A stretch of 64,000 nt of DNA from Candidatus Micrarchaeia archaeon (GCA_041500405.1 JBGQMB010000001.1:1-64000), one strand, 5' to 3'. Positions 1-10,038 are shown, counted from the stretch's first letter. Translations and numbers: made by a program. The notes: a model not told the origin generated them from the letters alone.

Positions 1-279
1 AAGATAGTTGTTTCGGGCCTTTGGACAAGCATGTGCTTCGCATACACAGCGATACACGGGGTGCGCGAGGGCCTCGACGTTTACGGCTTAATGGATGCAG
101 CAGGGGATGCGACAAAGGATGCGCACAAGTACGGCATAAAGCGGATGCTCCAGGTCGGAGTTGTGCCCACGACGTGCCTTTCCCTGATTTCGGAATGGAT
201 GCATGACTGGGGGAACCCAAAATCCCGCGAACTGGTGCAGAAGGCATACGGAAAATTCGATGCATTGATGCGCATGTAG
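1..279 (+). CDS. Isochorismatase-family (YcaC-like) hydrolase, 5' end outside window
   Basis: Frame open from base 1 (KIVVSGLWTSMCFAYTAIHGVREGLDVYGLMDAAGD...EWMHDW), matching the C-terminal half of cysteine hydrolase/YcaC proteins. Confidence 0.75.
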   Translation, partial: KIVVSGLWTSMCFAYTAIHGVREGLDVYGLMDAAGDATKDAHKYGIKRMLQVGVVPTTCLSLISEWMHDWGNPKSRELVQKAYGKFDALMRM

Positions 280-281
280 CC

Positions 282-391
282 CCTTTCTTTTTTTGCGAAA
301 AAGAAAGCCGTCTACGGGAAAGAAAAAAGCATTTATGGCGCCAGCTGGCGCCAAATAGCTTCTTTTGGCGAGGCTTTTTACTAAAAGAAGC
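282..391. repeat. Cluster of intergenic palindromes (Y-tract/R-tract hairpin, perfect 18-bp palindrome, 11-bp stem)
   Basis: CTTTCTTTT..AAAAGAAAG; TGGCGCCAGCTGGCGCCA at 336-353; GCTTCTTTTGG/CTAAAAGAAGC at 358-391. Confidence 0.6.
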
Positions 392-444
392 GCCTATACC
401 AATGCGCACAATTAAAACGATTTCTCTTTACTATAGTAATCATT

Positions 445-1692
445 ATGGCAAAGACTCAGATGAAGCTGAAGAGGGCTCTCAACTTGCTCGATGCAGTGTC
501 AATAGGCTTAGGTGCAATCATTGGAGCAGGGATATACGTTGTCGTGGGTATTGCCGCCGGGGCCGCAGGGCCGGGAGTGATACTCTCTGTCATTCTCGCT
601 GGCATCATTGCTTCGTTCACCGCACTGAGTTTCGCAGCGCTCAGTTCCACAATCACGAAAGAGGGAGGGGCATACGAATATGTATACGAGCTGATTTCGC
701 CTTCCCTGGGTTTTTTCACTGGCTGGTTTTGGGTTTTCGGACAGATTGTTGCAGGCGCGGCAGTCAGCCTTGGGTTTGCGACATACATGGCGGTGTTAAT
801 TCCACTGCCAGTGAAGTTTGTTGCAGCAGGCGGTTGCCTGCTTTTCATGTTTCTCAACCTGATCGGCGTGAAGCAGTCAAGCCTCGTGAATGATGCACTG
901 GTTGCATCAAAGGTGCTGGTGCTCTGCATCTTTGTGGCAGTTGGAGCTTTGTATATAAAATTCTCGAATTTCGCCCCACTCATGCCTAACGGATTTTCTG
1001 GAGTGGTGAGCGGAGCTGCGCTTATATTCTTCGCCTTCCTTGGTTTTGGGAGAATAACCACGATTTCTGAGGAGGTGAAAAACCCTGAAAGGGTAATACC
1101 GCTCTCAATTCTGCTTGCCCTTGGGATATCCAGCATTCTTTACCTGCTTGTGAGCTTCACTGCAGTGGGCATTGTTGGCTCCAGTGCGCTTTCTTCCTCA
1201 GGTTCGCCCCTTGCCGTTGCAATGGGAGCAACTGGAAACGGGCTGGCAGTGCTGGTTGTATCCATTGGTGGGATTCTGGCAACAGCAAGCGTACTTCTCA
1301 CAACGGTGCTGGGCGTTTCAAGGGTTTCATTCTCAATGGCGAGGAATAAACAGATTCCAGAATTCATAAATACAATTCACCCGCAGTTCCGCACACCGTA
1401 CATTTCAATACTGCTCAGCGGATTCCTGATGGCTGCTCTTGCCTTTTTTGGGGATTTGAAGCAGGTTATCTCGCTTGCCAGTTTCGTCGTGATATCAACG
1501 CATGTGCTCGTCAACTACGCTGCATTTAAGGTGAGGGATAAGTGCAGCTTCAAAATACCGTTCTACCCCATTCCGCCTCTGCTCGGAATAGTAAGCTGTG
1601 CAGCCCTGATGCTCTTCCTCCTGCCTGATGTATGGGGGGTGGCATTGATTGTGTTGCTTGCAGGTTTTGTTTTCTATTTTATAGAAAAATAA
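445..1692 (+). CDS. APC-family amino acid permease
   Basis: GLGAIIGAGIY TM1 motif, FFAFLGF..EEVKNPER, ~12 TM segments. Confidence 0.92.
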   Translation: MAKTQMKLKRALNLLDAVSIGLGAIIGAGIYVVVGIAAGAAGPGVILSVILAGIIASFTALSFAALSSTITKEGGAYEYVYELISPSLGFFTGWFWVFGQIVAGAAVSLGFATYMAVLIPLPVKFVAAGGCLLFMFLNLIGVKQSSLVNDALVASKVLVLCIFVAVGALYIKFSNFAPLMPNGFSGVVSGAALIFFAFLGFGRITTISEEVKNPERVIPLSILLALGISSILYLLVSFTAVGIVGSSALSSSGSPLAVAMGATGNGLAVLVVSIGGILATASVLLTTVLGVSRVSFSMARNKQIPEFINTIHPQFRTPYISILLSGFLMAALAFFGDLKQVISLASFVVISTHVLVNYAAFKVRDKCSFKIPFYPIPPLLGIVSCAALMLFLLPDVWGVALIVLLAGFVFYFIEK

Positions 1693-1767
1693 ATAGAGCT
1701 TCAGTAAATAATCCCAGTTTGCGGCATATATAGAGTTTCCTGAGGAATTCCGTATCTTAGAGATAGA

Positions 1768-1852
1768 TGCAGGGGGTGGGATTCGAACCCACGAACTCCT
1801 GAGAGACAGGGTCCTAAGCCCTGCGCCTTTGACCAGGCTTGGCGACCCCTGC
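1768..1852 (-). tRNA. tRNA-Leu(TAG)
   Basis: Reverse complement GCAGGGG...GGGCT-TAG-GACCC, long variable arm, GTTCGAATC T-loop, acceptor stem pairs. Confidence 0.95.
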
Positions 1853-1892
1853 AGTCATATTAGGAAAAGAAGAAATTAAAAAAGGGAAAGGT

Positions 1893-2966
1893 TCAGCCGC
1901 ACTGCGCCGCTGCCCCGGCGTCCCCTGCGCCGGTATATCCAAATCCGGCAGAAGGCGTTATGCTTGATAGCGAGGCGCTGCACTCAGACGGCGCAACGTT
2001 GAATGCGCTGCAAATGGATGCAAGCATAGATGCCGAATCCCTTCCGGAAGAGGCTGTCACGCCGTTTATGACCAGCGTCGGGCTTCCTCCCACGCCATAA
2101 AGGTTGTTCTCCAATAGGTCTATCGGGTATATCGGGTAGTATCCGCTGAGCCAGTTTGCCTGGTCGTTGAATAGCCCGGTTATGTTGTATGCCGCATCCG
2201 TTGCGTTGATGCATGTGTTAAGCGATGCTGCATTCACTCCGGTGCTGGCAACGCATCCCGAAGCATTGCTTTCGTTGAGGAAGCACGCCAGGTATGGCAC
2301 GAACTTGTCGTTCTGCTCCTTCTGGATGCAGTATTGCCTCGTGTTTTCCTCTATCTCCTTCCAGCCGTGCATCGCGTAGTAAACGAACTTCACGCTGAAG
2401 TTTATCCTGTCTTTCAGGGCTTCCGCAGCGGGCAGCATTCCCTTTTCGGCCTGCGTCCCGTACGGGCAGTAGCTCATTACGAAAAGCTCAACAGTCGGCT
2501 TGTCGCTCTTTGCGACTTTGGCCGTCGTGTTCGCAGTTGAGTTGGAGCCTGCCAGGGACGCCTCTATCGTCTTTGAATAATTTATTATGTCTATAGGAAA
2601 CTCCTGTGCGGTATCCATTATGCTTATGTACTTGTTTGTCTTTGAGAAGATGACCTTTGCAGTTGTGCCGGTTCCCGTGTCAAGGGCAAGCACCTCTATA
2701 AGGCCGTCGCCATCAACCTTTGCGCTTTGGTAAACCAGCGTTATGTTGGAGCCGGTGAGCGCGCTTATCCTGTTGAATGCGTCAATCTGCGCCTTAAGCG
2801 CCGTTTCGTTTATCACATAAGTGTCATTAGCTACGGCTACGCCGCCTGCAGGCGGGGAAAACACAACATACCCTATCCCTATGCCCACGGCGAGGAAGAG
2901 CACGGCTATCACTGCCAGCGCCACTGTGCCGGTGCCACCTACAGCTGCAACAATAGAATTATCCAT
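1893..2966 (-). CDS. Membrane-anchored thioredoxin/DsbA-fold protein (monothiol CPYG)
   Basis: N-terminal TM; VELFVMSYCPYG and GSPTLVING motifs; GGTGA RBS before ATG 2966. Confidence 0.75.
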   Translation of the reverse strand: MDNSIVAAVGGTGTVALAVIAVLFLAVGIGIGYVVFSPPAGGVAVANDTYVINETALKAQIDAFNRISALTGSNITLVYQSAKVDGDGLIEVLALDTGTGTTAKVIFSKTNKYISIMDTAQEFPIDIINYSKTIEASLAGSNSTANTTAKVAKSDKPTVELFVMSYCPYGTQAEKGMLPAAEALKDRINFSVKFVYYAMHGWKEIEENTRQYCIQKEQNDKFVPYLACFLNESNASGCVASTGVNAASLNTCINATDAAYNITGLFNDQANWLSGYYPIYPIDLLENNLYGVGGSPTLVINGVTASSGRDSASMLASICSAFNVAPSECSASLSSITPSAGFGYTGAGDAGAAAQCG

Positions 2967-3077
2967 AACATTTTCACCTTTCCCCATATACAACTGAAAT
3001 GTTTAAAAAAGGCGCGGCGGCGCGATGCTTTTTTAAACGGTTCGACTGATTGGAAATCCAGCAATATAGGTGATATA

Positions 3078-3617
3078 ATGGCGGTAGACATAGGTTCTTT
3101 GGCAGTAGGGCTATTGATAGCCATATTGCAGGTTATAGTCGGCCTCGCGCTCTCGATGGCGGCGGTATACTTGGGAATGAAGATGTTCGACAAGCTTACC
3201 AAAGGCATTGAGGAGATGAGGGAGATACAGAAGGGCAACGTCGCAGTCGGCATACTGATGATAGCGGTCATCCTGTCAATCGCGACGGTTGTGAAGGCTG
3301 GGGTGCTGAGCCTTGTGCTGAGCATAAACCCGAGCGTTGGCATGCAGGCAATGGTGCTTGCAATCCTCGTGGGCCTCTTCAACCTCGTCATAAGCGTTGT
3401 TGTTTCCATAATCGCGATTTATCTCGCAATAAGGATTGCTGAGAAGATAACGGTGGAAATCAACTTCATGAAGGAGATACAGAAGGGCAACGTCGCAGCG
3501 GCGGTAGTGCTGGGCGGCATCCTCTGGGCGGTTTCCTTTGTGCTAAGCGCGACAGTGGAAAGCGTGGCGAACTTCTTGGACGCAAGGGTGCTCGCATCCA
3601 TGATTGGGGTCGGCTAG
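3078..3617 (+). CDS. DUF350-like membrane protein with internal duplication
   Basis: Two EIQKGNVA motifs each between TM helices; GGTGA RBS before ATG 3078. Confidence 0.75.
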   Translation: MAVDIGSLAVGLLIAILQVIVGLALSMAAVYLGMKMFDKLTKGIEEMREIQKGNVAVGILMIAVILSIATVVKAGVLSLVLSINPSVGMQAMVLAILVGLFNLVISVVVSIIAIYLAIRIAEKITVEINFMKEIQKGNVAAAVVLGGILWAVSFVLSATVESVANFLDARVLASMIGVG

Positions 3618-3643
3618 GCCCCAACGCCTTTCTTTTTTAATTT

Positions 3644-4540
3644 ATGAGGCTGGACAACGCGTCATTTTTGGCTCCGATAGCCGAATACTCCAATCTTCCA
3701 TTTAGGCTAATGTGCCTTGAGAACGGCGCAGATTATGCATTGGTTCCGCTTGTCAGCGCGATTGCGATAAGGCATTTCCCTGATTTGGTGAATAGGATAG
3801 ACCTTTCGGAAACTGAGAAGGGAAAGACCGGAATCCAGGTCTTCGGAAAGGAGCCGAAGGACTTCAGCAACGCGATAGAAAAGATAAGGGACAAGTTCCC
3901 TTTTGCGGAATGGTTCGACATAAACTGCGGCTGTCCCATGCAAAAAGTGACAGCAAGCGGAGGCGGCTCCACGCTTCTCAGAAGCCCTGAACATATAGCA
4001 AGGATAATCAAGGAATGCAAAAAGCACTGCAGGACCGTTTCAGCAAAAGTCAGAATCCTAAAAAGCCCTGAAAAAACGCTCAAGGTCTGCAAGGCCGTTG
4101 AGAAAGCCGGGGCGGATTTCATAACCGTGCACGGCAGGACCCCTGAGCAGGGCTATTCCGGCAAGGCCGATTGGGGTGCGATAAAGGCGATAAAGAAAAG
4201 CCTTTCAATCCCGGTAGTGGGGAACGGCGACATAACCGACGTTTTCCAAGGCAGGTCTCTTGTTGAGCAAGGCTGTTGCGACGCATTCATGGTCGCAAGG
4301 GCGGCAATGTCAAACCCATACGTTTTCAGCGGAAAGGACGCGAAAGGTTTCATTGCCAGAAAGGAAATCCTGCTTGGCTATATCGGAAGGTGCGAAAGCC
4401 TCGGCAAGATGGATGTTGTGGATGTGAGGCAAAAGGCGCTTTTCTTCATGCGCGGCTTTCCCGAAAGCGCGGAAATGAGGAATGCGATATCCAGGTTCAA
4501 GAAGATAGACGAGATAACGGGGCTTCTTGAGTCGTATTGA
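3644..4540 (+). CDS. dus: tRNA-dihydrouridine synthase
   Basis: LAPIA, DINCGCP, TVHGRT, VGNGDI, MVARAA motifs. Confidence 0.92.
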   Translation: MRLDNASFLAPIAEYSNLPFRLMCLENGADYALVPLVSAIAIRHFPDLVNRIDLSETEKGKTGIQVFGKEPKDFSNAIEKIRDKFPFAEWFDINCGCPMQKVTASGGGSTLLRSPEHIARIIKECKKHCRTVSAKVRILKSPEKTLKVCKAVEKAGADFITVHGRTPEQGYSGKADWGAIKAIKKSLSIPVVGNGDITDVFQGRSLVEQGCCDAFMVARAAMSNPYVFSGKDAKGFIARKEILLGYIGRCESLGKMDVVDVRQKALFFMRGFPESAEMRNAISRFKKIDEITGLLESY

Positions 4541-5374
4541 CTATTTTATCAATTGTTCCGATTCCTCAACCAGCCTTGACGCCCTGTTTCCCGGTATGCC
4601 CAGCGCGATTAGCTCGCTTTCGCCCTTTTCAACTATTTCCTTTACAAGCAGGATTTCCGCGCGGTCAAGCAGCGAAAACGATGTCTTGTCAAGCGACTGC
4701 AGGACCGTTATCGGATAGAGCTTGTTTTCCTCTACCCTTATCTGCAGGCTCTCATCCCTGGGAAAGCTCCATCCAAGAAGCTTAAGCCCGATGCAGTCGG
4801 AATACTGTATCACATCAATGGAGAATTTTGTGTTTGTCACAAGCCACATTGAGTCTATGTCCGGGCTTGCCTCCCTTATGTCAAGGAACCTTGCCCAGCA
4901 GTAGAGCGCGGTCTGTATGCGGCAAAGCGTTCCCATGGCGTTGTGGAACTTGCACTCCACCGCGGCCCTTGTCGCGGGCCTACCGTTCATCGCCGGCCTT
5001 TCGGCTATGACGTCAATCTCATGGTTTATGCACCTGCCGTTCAGGTTCTGCCTCAGCTTTGTCGAGTATCCCCTGCCCTTGAGCATCGCGCCTATGAAAG
5101 TCTCGAATGGATATCCTTCAGGCCCCAGCTTGAAAAGTGCGGCCTTTAGGCTGAATTTTGAAGCAATCTTCTTGTTTATTTGTTTAAGCTCCCTGAACGC
5201 TATTGCGTAAATCTCCTTTGTTGTCATGCCGGGCTTGAGGACGGAGAAGACCGCGTCAGAGACCTCGCCAGCTTCGGACGCGCTGGCGCCGGACTTTCTC
5301 AGCGACGACTGGAGCTTGTTCGGGTCGAACGGCTCGGTTGTTCCGTCCCCTTTTGTTATCAAAATCTCCTTCAT
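4541..5374 (-). CDS. ATP-cone + Mrr-like PD-(D/E)xK endonuclease-domain protein
   Basis: N-terminal ITKGDGTTEPFDPNKLQSSL (ATP cone); GYPFE, HEIDVIAE, VECKFHN, VTNTKFS. Confidence 0.8.
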   Translation of the reverse strand: MKEILITKGDGTTEPFDPNKLQSSLRKSGASASEAGEVSDAVFSVLKPGMTTKEIYAIAFRELKQINKKIASKFSLKAALFKLGPEGYPFETFIGAMLKGRGYSTKLRQNLNGRCINHEIDVIAERPAMNGRPATRAAVECKFHNAMGTLCRIQTALYCWARFLDIREASPDIDSMWLVTNTKFSIDVIQYSDCIGLKLLGWSFPRDESLQIRVEENKLYPITVLQSLDKTSFSLLDRAEILLVKEIVEKGESELIALGIPGNRASRLVEESEQLIK

Positions 5375-5406
5375 CGTTTTTACCTTGTTTGGAAAGCAAT
5401 AAAAGG

Positions 5407-5796
5407 TTATATATTTCTTAGCCATTCCGAGTCCCGTGAAAGCGCAAGATTCGCGATTTCATCCTTTGCGACCCACTTGAAGCCCGAAAATTCCGCTGAA
5501 ACCGAAACCCTGGCGCTTTTTGCGCTTACTCTGAAAACCATTGCCGGAATCCATGCCTTCCTTTTCCTTGAGCCGGCGTTGTGCCTGCCTTCCAACGCTA
5601 TTTCATGGACCTGCGCGTCTATGCCTGTCTGCGACCTGAATGAGCTGGTCAAAATGGAAACAGGGTCTTCGCCCGCCATGACAAGCGCGCACGGAAGCCC
5701 GAACTTTTCCTTTCCATTCGCGTCATTCCGCACAAGAAGCAGGACCCTGCCATTGTCCTCCAGCATTCCGCACGCGAGCATCGAAGGCTTTGCCAT
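5407..5796 (-). CDS. Nudix-fold protein with degenerate Nudix box
   Basis: RVLLL, FGLPC..GEDP..QTGI, FKWV pattern; the RExxEE residues are absent. Confidence 0.65.
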   Translation of the reverse strand: MAKPSMLACGMLEDNGRVLLLVRNDANGKEKFGLPCALVMAGEDPVSILTSSFRSQTGIDAQVHEIALEGRHNAGSRKRKAWIPAMVFRVSAKSARVSVSAEFSGFKWVAKDEIANLALSRDSEWLRNI

Positions 5797-5812
5797 AAGA
5801 AACAACCAGAAG

Positions 5813-5887
5813 TAGCGGGAGGTGGATTTGAACCACCGATCTCCGGGTTATGAGCCCGGCGGGCACTCCAAGCTACCCTACCCCGCT
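5813..5887 (-). tRNA. Initiator tRNA-Met(CAT)
   Basis: AGCGGGG 5' end with A1-U72, three G-C pairs in anticodon stem (CCGGG-CT-CAT-AA-CCCGG), TTCAAAT T-loop. Confidence 0.95.
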
Positions 5888-5972
5888 GCGCAAAGACATT
5901 GTTCGTGGCAAATATATTTAAAGCGAACGCACGCCCGAAATGTTTAAATTGGAATTACGCAAACTGTAGAGC

Positions 5973-8900
5973 ATGGGTCCTTGCAGTAAACCATTCATAG
6001 CCCTCGGAATTCTTCTTTTGGCCATTGGGGCCGGCTTTTGCGCGGATGACCTCGGCTCGCCGATAGGCAGGCCGTGGCAATACAGCTCGTGGAACGAGTA
6101 CACGTTCACGTTCTTTGGCATGCAAATAGTGAATCCTGATGCCATGGATCCTATGCTTGCGGGCATGATACAAAAAAGCCTTGACAAGGGGAATATGGAC
6201 GCAAAGGCGCTCGGGCTTGCCAACTCTTACGAGGCCTTGCTTGCATCCGCGGTCAAGGATAGGGTGAAGTGCGGCGTTTTCTTCAGGTTTGACGAAGACA
6301 ACAACGTGAACGTTGACACCGTGATAATGGGGAACGCAAGGAGCTCGATGGACAGCGAGAGCGACGCAAAGTTCCTCTACAACAATCCGGATTGCGCCGA
6401 GCTTCTTGGCATGAGGGGCGTTAAGGAGACGTACGAGGAGGACAATGAGACAAAGACGCGCTATTACATAACGGACATTTCCGAGGCAAAACTGTCATTC
6501 TCCGCGTCCTCCATAGCCGCCTTTTCCAAGCTGATAGGATATGTGAACATGAATGACTACACCAGCAGCGAAGAATCCAGCAGCGCAGACCAAATCCTGC
6601 TTCTTGCCGTGCAGAAGGGGTTATTCAACCTTGACCAGGCGCTTAGGGACGAGCTTTATCTGATTTCCTTGCTCGAGTCGGCGCATGCTTGCATAAACTA
6701 CAATGGGGAATTCCTCAACTCCACCGAATACCTTCTCCAAAACTACGATTATTCGGCAAACATGTCCCGTTCCAACATGACCAGGGTAAGCGACATCTAC
6801 AAGGACCTTGAATTCAAGGGATTCTGCAGCAGGAACTACACCGGCATAGGCTCCCAGCTGTGCAGGCAGCTTGAGTCAGAGGTTTATTCGAACGGAACGG
6901 ACTATTTCACAAGGGCGAACGAGGAAGACGCCAAGCTCAGGAACAGCATAAGCAAGATGCCTGCCAACCTGACGTTCGCAATAAGCGGCATGAGCTATAT
7001 GTGGGCGTTCATATCGTCCAATGCCGGGGTGGAGGCCGAATACAGGCAGAAAAACGACTCTTTCTTCAAGCTCCTGCATGACGAGGAGCAAAAAGCGGAC
7101 TCAAACAAGGAGGCGCTTGACAAGGAAACAGCGAAGCCGAAAGCCGAAAAACTGGACGAGATAACCGAGATATACGTTCCGGAGGGCTCGCTGAGCACAA
7201 GCATCGGCGCAATCTCCGCGTCCGAGGCTAGATACGAGGAGGAAAGCAGGAACGCGACAGAGGAGCTTGCAAGGCTGAAACAGCTTGGCGTTGTCAAGGA
7301 CCGTGGCTGGGCAGTGGAGCAATATCAGGGGTATATCGCGCTGAACGCCAGGATGAGCGAGGCCATAGTCTCTGCAAGGGAGACGCTTTATTACGCGCAG
7401 GTCACCGTCAACTACACAAGGTCGCAGGCAGTTTTCATAGCGGAGCAGAAGGCGGCGCAGGGATACAATGTGTCGTTCATATACGACCAGGTGAAGAAGG
7501 GCGACAATGCGACAACGCTCGGAAGCAGGTTTACATTTTACAAGGCCGCGTATCTTTTTGCCCTGTCTCTCTCGGCGCCGAATCCTACGCAGAACCAAAC
7601 CGAAACGCTTGCGGCACTGAAGGCCGAAGTAAGCTCCATGCTGGCCAAGGCAAAGACGGACGGGATAGACGTGTCCTCGGAGCAGGCGAAGTTCGACCTT
7701 TACAAGAATGACGCGAACCTGGTTTTGGCAATAGAGCAGATGAATAACATAAAGGACAGCATCATCCAAAAGGCGCGGGCATCTTTTTCAGATTTGCAGT
7801 ACACAAGGGCAAGGCTGGTCCGCTATTTCGAGGCGGACAGGCAGGGAGTCCTGGATGACATCAGGAACGAGCTTGCAGGGTATGAGGCAGGCCTGATATC
7901 TGGATCTTCCATAGATTACGGGGCCGCGCTCGGAAAGCTCACAGCCCTTAGGGCAAACTATGCAGCCATAGAGAATAAAATAAAGGATGCGCTCGGCTCC
8001 TACCTCAGCTCTGCAATGGTCCCTGAGGTGGAATACGCCCCGCCGGTCGTTGAGATAAACGAGATGTCGTCTGTTTCAGGAACAATAATCATAGAGAATC
8101 CGCTTTCTGATGCTGTTGACAACGTTAACATAAGGTTCACGCCGCCGCTTCCGCTTGAGCCAAGCGAAATATTTGGCATAGTCGCCAAAAAATCCGGAGG
8201 CGACATAGTGTTCACGATACCGAGGCTCGAGCCGCTGGAAATAAAGACGTACGAATTCAGGAAGCAGGGCATCTTCGCAAAAGGCACTCTCATGGCAACC
8301 AATACGGAAGGAGATGGCGGAACAGCACACATCACCGAAAACTGGCTTGTGGAAGTGTCCATTCCACTTGACGGTCTGATAATGGGAGATTACGACAGCG
8401 CAATGTTCAACGGAGTTGAATACCCAAGCGGAACAGTGGCAAAGCCGATTGTGGTGGGGACTTACGAGGCGGCGGCTAAAAAATCCCAGGAAGATGCATA
8501 CAGCATGTCGGAGAGGCAGTCGACCTCTGAGAGCAGCCAGGCAACAATAATCCAAAGGACAATCCACGTGGTTCCAACAATGTATTTCGACACGATATTG
8601 CTGCGCAAGGAAGCAGGGTGCAGCGTGAACAGCTCGTCCTATGCGTACACGCAATCCCAGCAGCAGGTGGTGCTGCAAAAAGTCAGGAATGAAGGGGACA
8701 TCGTTTTGACCTGCACTTATTCCAAAGACACTGTACACGATACAATAGATGACCTTATTGACGACATAACCGGAAGCAACCTCAGCACGCAGGAGCAGCA
8801 GAGGCTTGACAACGTAACCATCATGCTCAGCCTTGGCCAGAACTCCACCGCGCTTTCGGAACTGCTTCTGCTCAACAGGACCGTTGCCATGAGGCTCGAA

Positions 8901-9980
8901 GCGGAGCGCAAGGCAAACACCACGCTCGCAAAGGACCTTCTGCTTCTTGACGGCGAAATCGCGTCATTGAACGAGTCTGTCGTACTGGCAGGCTCGCTTA
9001 ACCATTCATCCTATCTCATTGAGCTTTACAGCGAAAGGCTGGCAAGCCTTCTTTCGCTAAGGGCAAGGGCGATGGCAATGACTGCAGCAAACGCAACCGC
9101 GCTTTTGTCAGGATATAACCCCCAATGGAGCGAAACCGAGACCTCCAAATGGCTTTCCCAGGCGTTCACGAATTTCACCAAGCTGGAAAAGCTTTACAAC
9201 GACAACGGCATGGACGACCCGTCCGTTTCGGAGAACATGGCTCTTTTCAGGCAAAGCTACGTGAAGGCAAAGGGCGCGGAGTCCAACTTCACCCAGGCCG
9301 TTTATTCTTCATATTATCTGGGCAAGGTTTCGGATTCTATATATGCCGTAATCGCAACAAAGTCAAGCGGCCTTGCGCTGCTCAATGCGTCCCTTGAGTC
9401 TGAGCTTTCCGCACTGGAATCCAATTTGACGGTGTACGAGGCGATTTACAACGATGCCAAGCAGTACAAGCTTGAGTCATACTTGCCCTATGCGCCGAGT
9501 TATTTCTCGTCTGAAATAGCGAAAATGCGGAAAGCAACCACAGAAAGGCAGATGCGCCAGTTCATCAACCAAAGCGCAGGCCTATCTGCTACAATTTCAA
9601 GCGCAATTGAAAATGTGGCCGGAATAGCCAAAAATGAGCTCTCTTCAGCAACCCTGATGCTCGAGCAGTACAGGCAAAGGCTGGATTCGGAAACAGTTTC
9701 CAAGATGGAGTCTTCCTTAGCCGATGCCGGAAGCGCGATAGGCATCCAGAAATACGGAACTGCCATAAACCTGTCAAAGGGCGTTTCAGCCAGCATATCA
9801 AAGCTCGCTGCACAAAGCGATGAAGGGAACATGAGGCTGCTTGCGATAGGCCTTTTAGTGATTGGAAGCCTTGCCGTGATTGCATATAGCTACAGGGAGC
9901 CCATAATGGGCCTCTTTGGAAGCCGGAAAGGGAAGATTGCGCTCAGGAAGCTGAAAAAAGGCGAGGAAGGACAGGAATAA
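5973..9980 (+). CDS. Large (1335 aa) exported, C-terminally anchored protein with coiled-coil and beta-rich regions
   Basis: Signal-peptide-like N-terminus, C-terminal TM plus basic tail, many NxS/T sequons. Confidence 0.7.
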   Translation: MGPCSKPFIALGILLLAIGAGFCADDLGSPIGRPWQYSSWNEYTFTFFGMQIVNPDAMDPMLAGMIQKSLDKGNMDAKALGLANSYEALLASAVKDRVKCGVFFRFDEDNNVNVDTVIMGNARSSMDSESDAKFLYNNPDCAELLGMRGVKETYEEDNETKTRYYITDISEAKLSFSASSIAAFSKLIGYVNMNDYTSSEESSSADQILLLAVQKGLFNLDQALRDELYLISLLESAHACINYNGEFLNSTEYLLQNYDYSANMSRSNMTRVSDIYKDLEFKGFCSRNYTGIGSQLCRQLESEVYSNGTDYFTRANEEDAKLRNSISKMPANLTFAISGMSYMWAFISSNAGVEAEYRQKNDSFFKLLHDEEQKADSNKEALDKETAKPKAEKLDEITEIYVPEGSLSTSIGAISASEARYEEESRNATEELARLKQLGVVKDRGWAVEQYQGYIALNARMSEAIVSARETLYYAQVTVNYTRSQAVFIAEQKAAQGYNVSFIYDQVKKGDNATTLGSRFTFYKAAYLFALSLSAPNPTQNQTETLAALKAEVSSMLAKAKTDGIDVSSEQAKFDLYKNDANLVLAIEQMNNIKDSIIQKARASFSDLQYTRARLVRYFEADRQGVLDDIRNELAGYEAGLISGSSIDYGAALGKLTALRANYAAIENKIKDALGSYLSSAMVPEVEYAPPVVEINEMSSVSGTIIIENPLSDAVDNVNIRFTPPLPLEPSEIFGIVAKKSGGDIVFTIPRLEPLEIKTYEFRKQGIFAKGTLMATNTEGDGGTAHITENWLVEVSIPLDGLIMGDYDSAMFNGVEYPSGTVAKPIVVGTYEAAAKKSQEDAYSMSERQSTSESSQATIIQRTIHVVPTMYFDTILLRKEAGCSVNSSSYAYTQSQQQVVLQKVRNEGDIVLTCTYSKDTVHDTIDDLIDDITGSNLSTQEQQRLDNVTIMLSLGQNSTALSELLLLNRTVAMRLEAERKANTTLAKDLLLLDGEIASLNESVVLAGSLNHSSYLIELYSERLASLLSLRARAMAMTAANATALLSGYNPQWSETETSKWLSQAFTNFTKLEKLYNDNGMDDPSVSENMALFRQSYVKAKGAESNFTQAVYSSYYLGKVSDSIYAVIATKSSGLALLNASLESELSALESNLTVYEAIYNDAKQYKLESYLPYAPSYFSSEIAKMRKATTERQMRQFINQSAGLSATISSAIENVAGIAKNELSSATLMLEQYRQRLDSETVSKMESSLADAGSAIGIQKYGTAINLSKGVSASISKLAAQSDEGNMRLLAIGLLVIGSLAVIAYSYREPIMGLFGSRKGKIALRKLKKGEEGQE

Positions 9981-10038
9981 TCTGTTCTTAACAGAAATAT
10001 CCACTTATGATTTTAAACTCTTAGACTGTTCATAAATC

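Noticed and set aside
1..1767. Island integrated at the tRNA-Leu 3' end
   Set aside because: Only a mild composition shift; no att duplicate or integrase within the window
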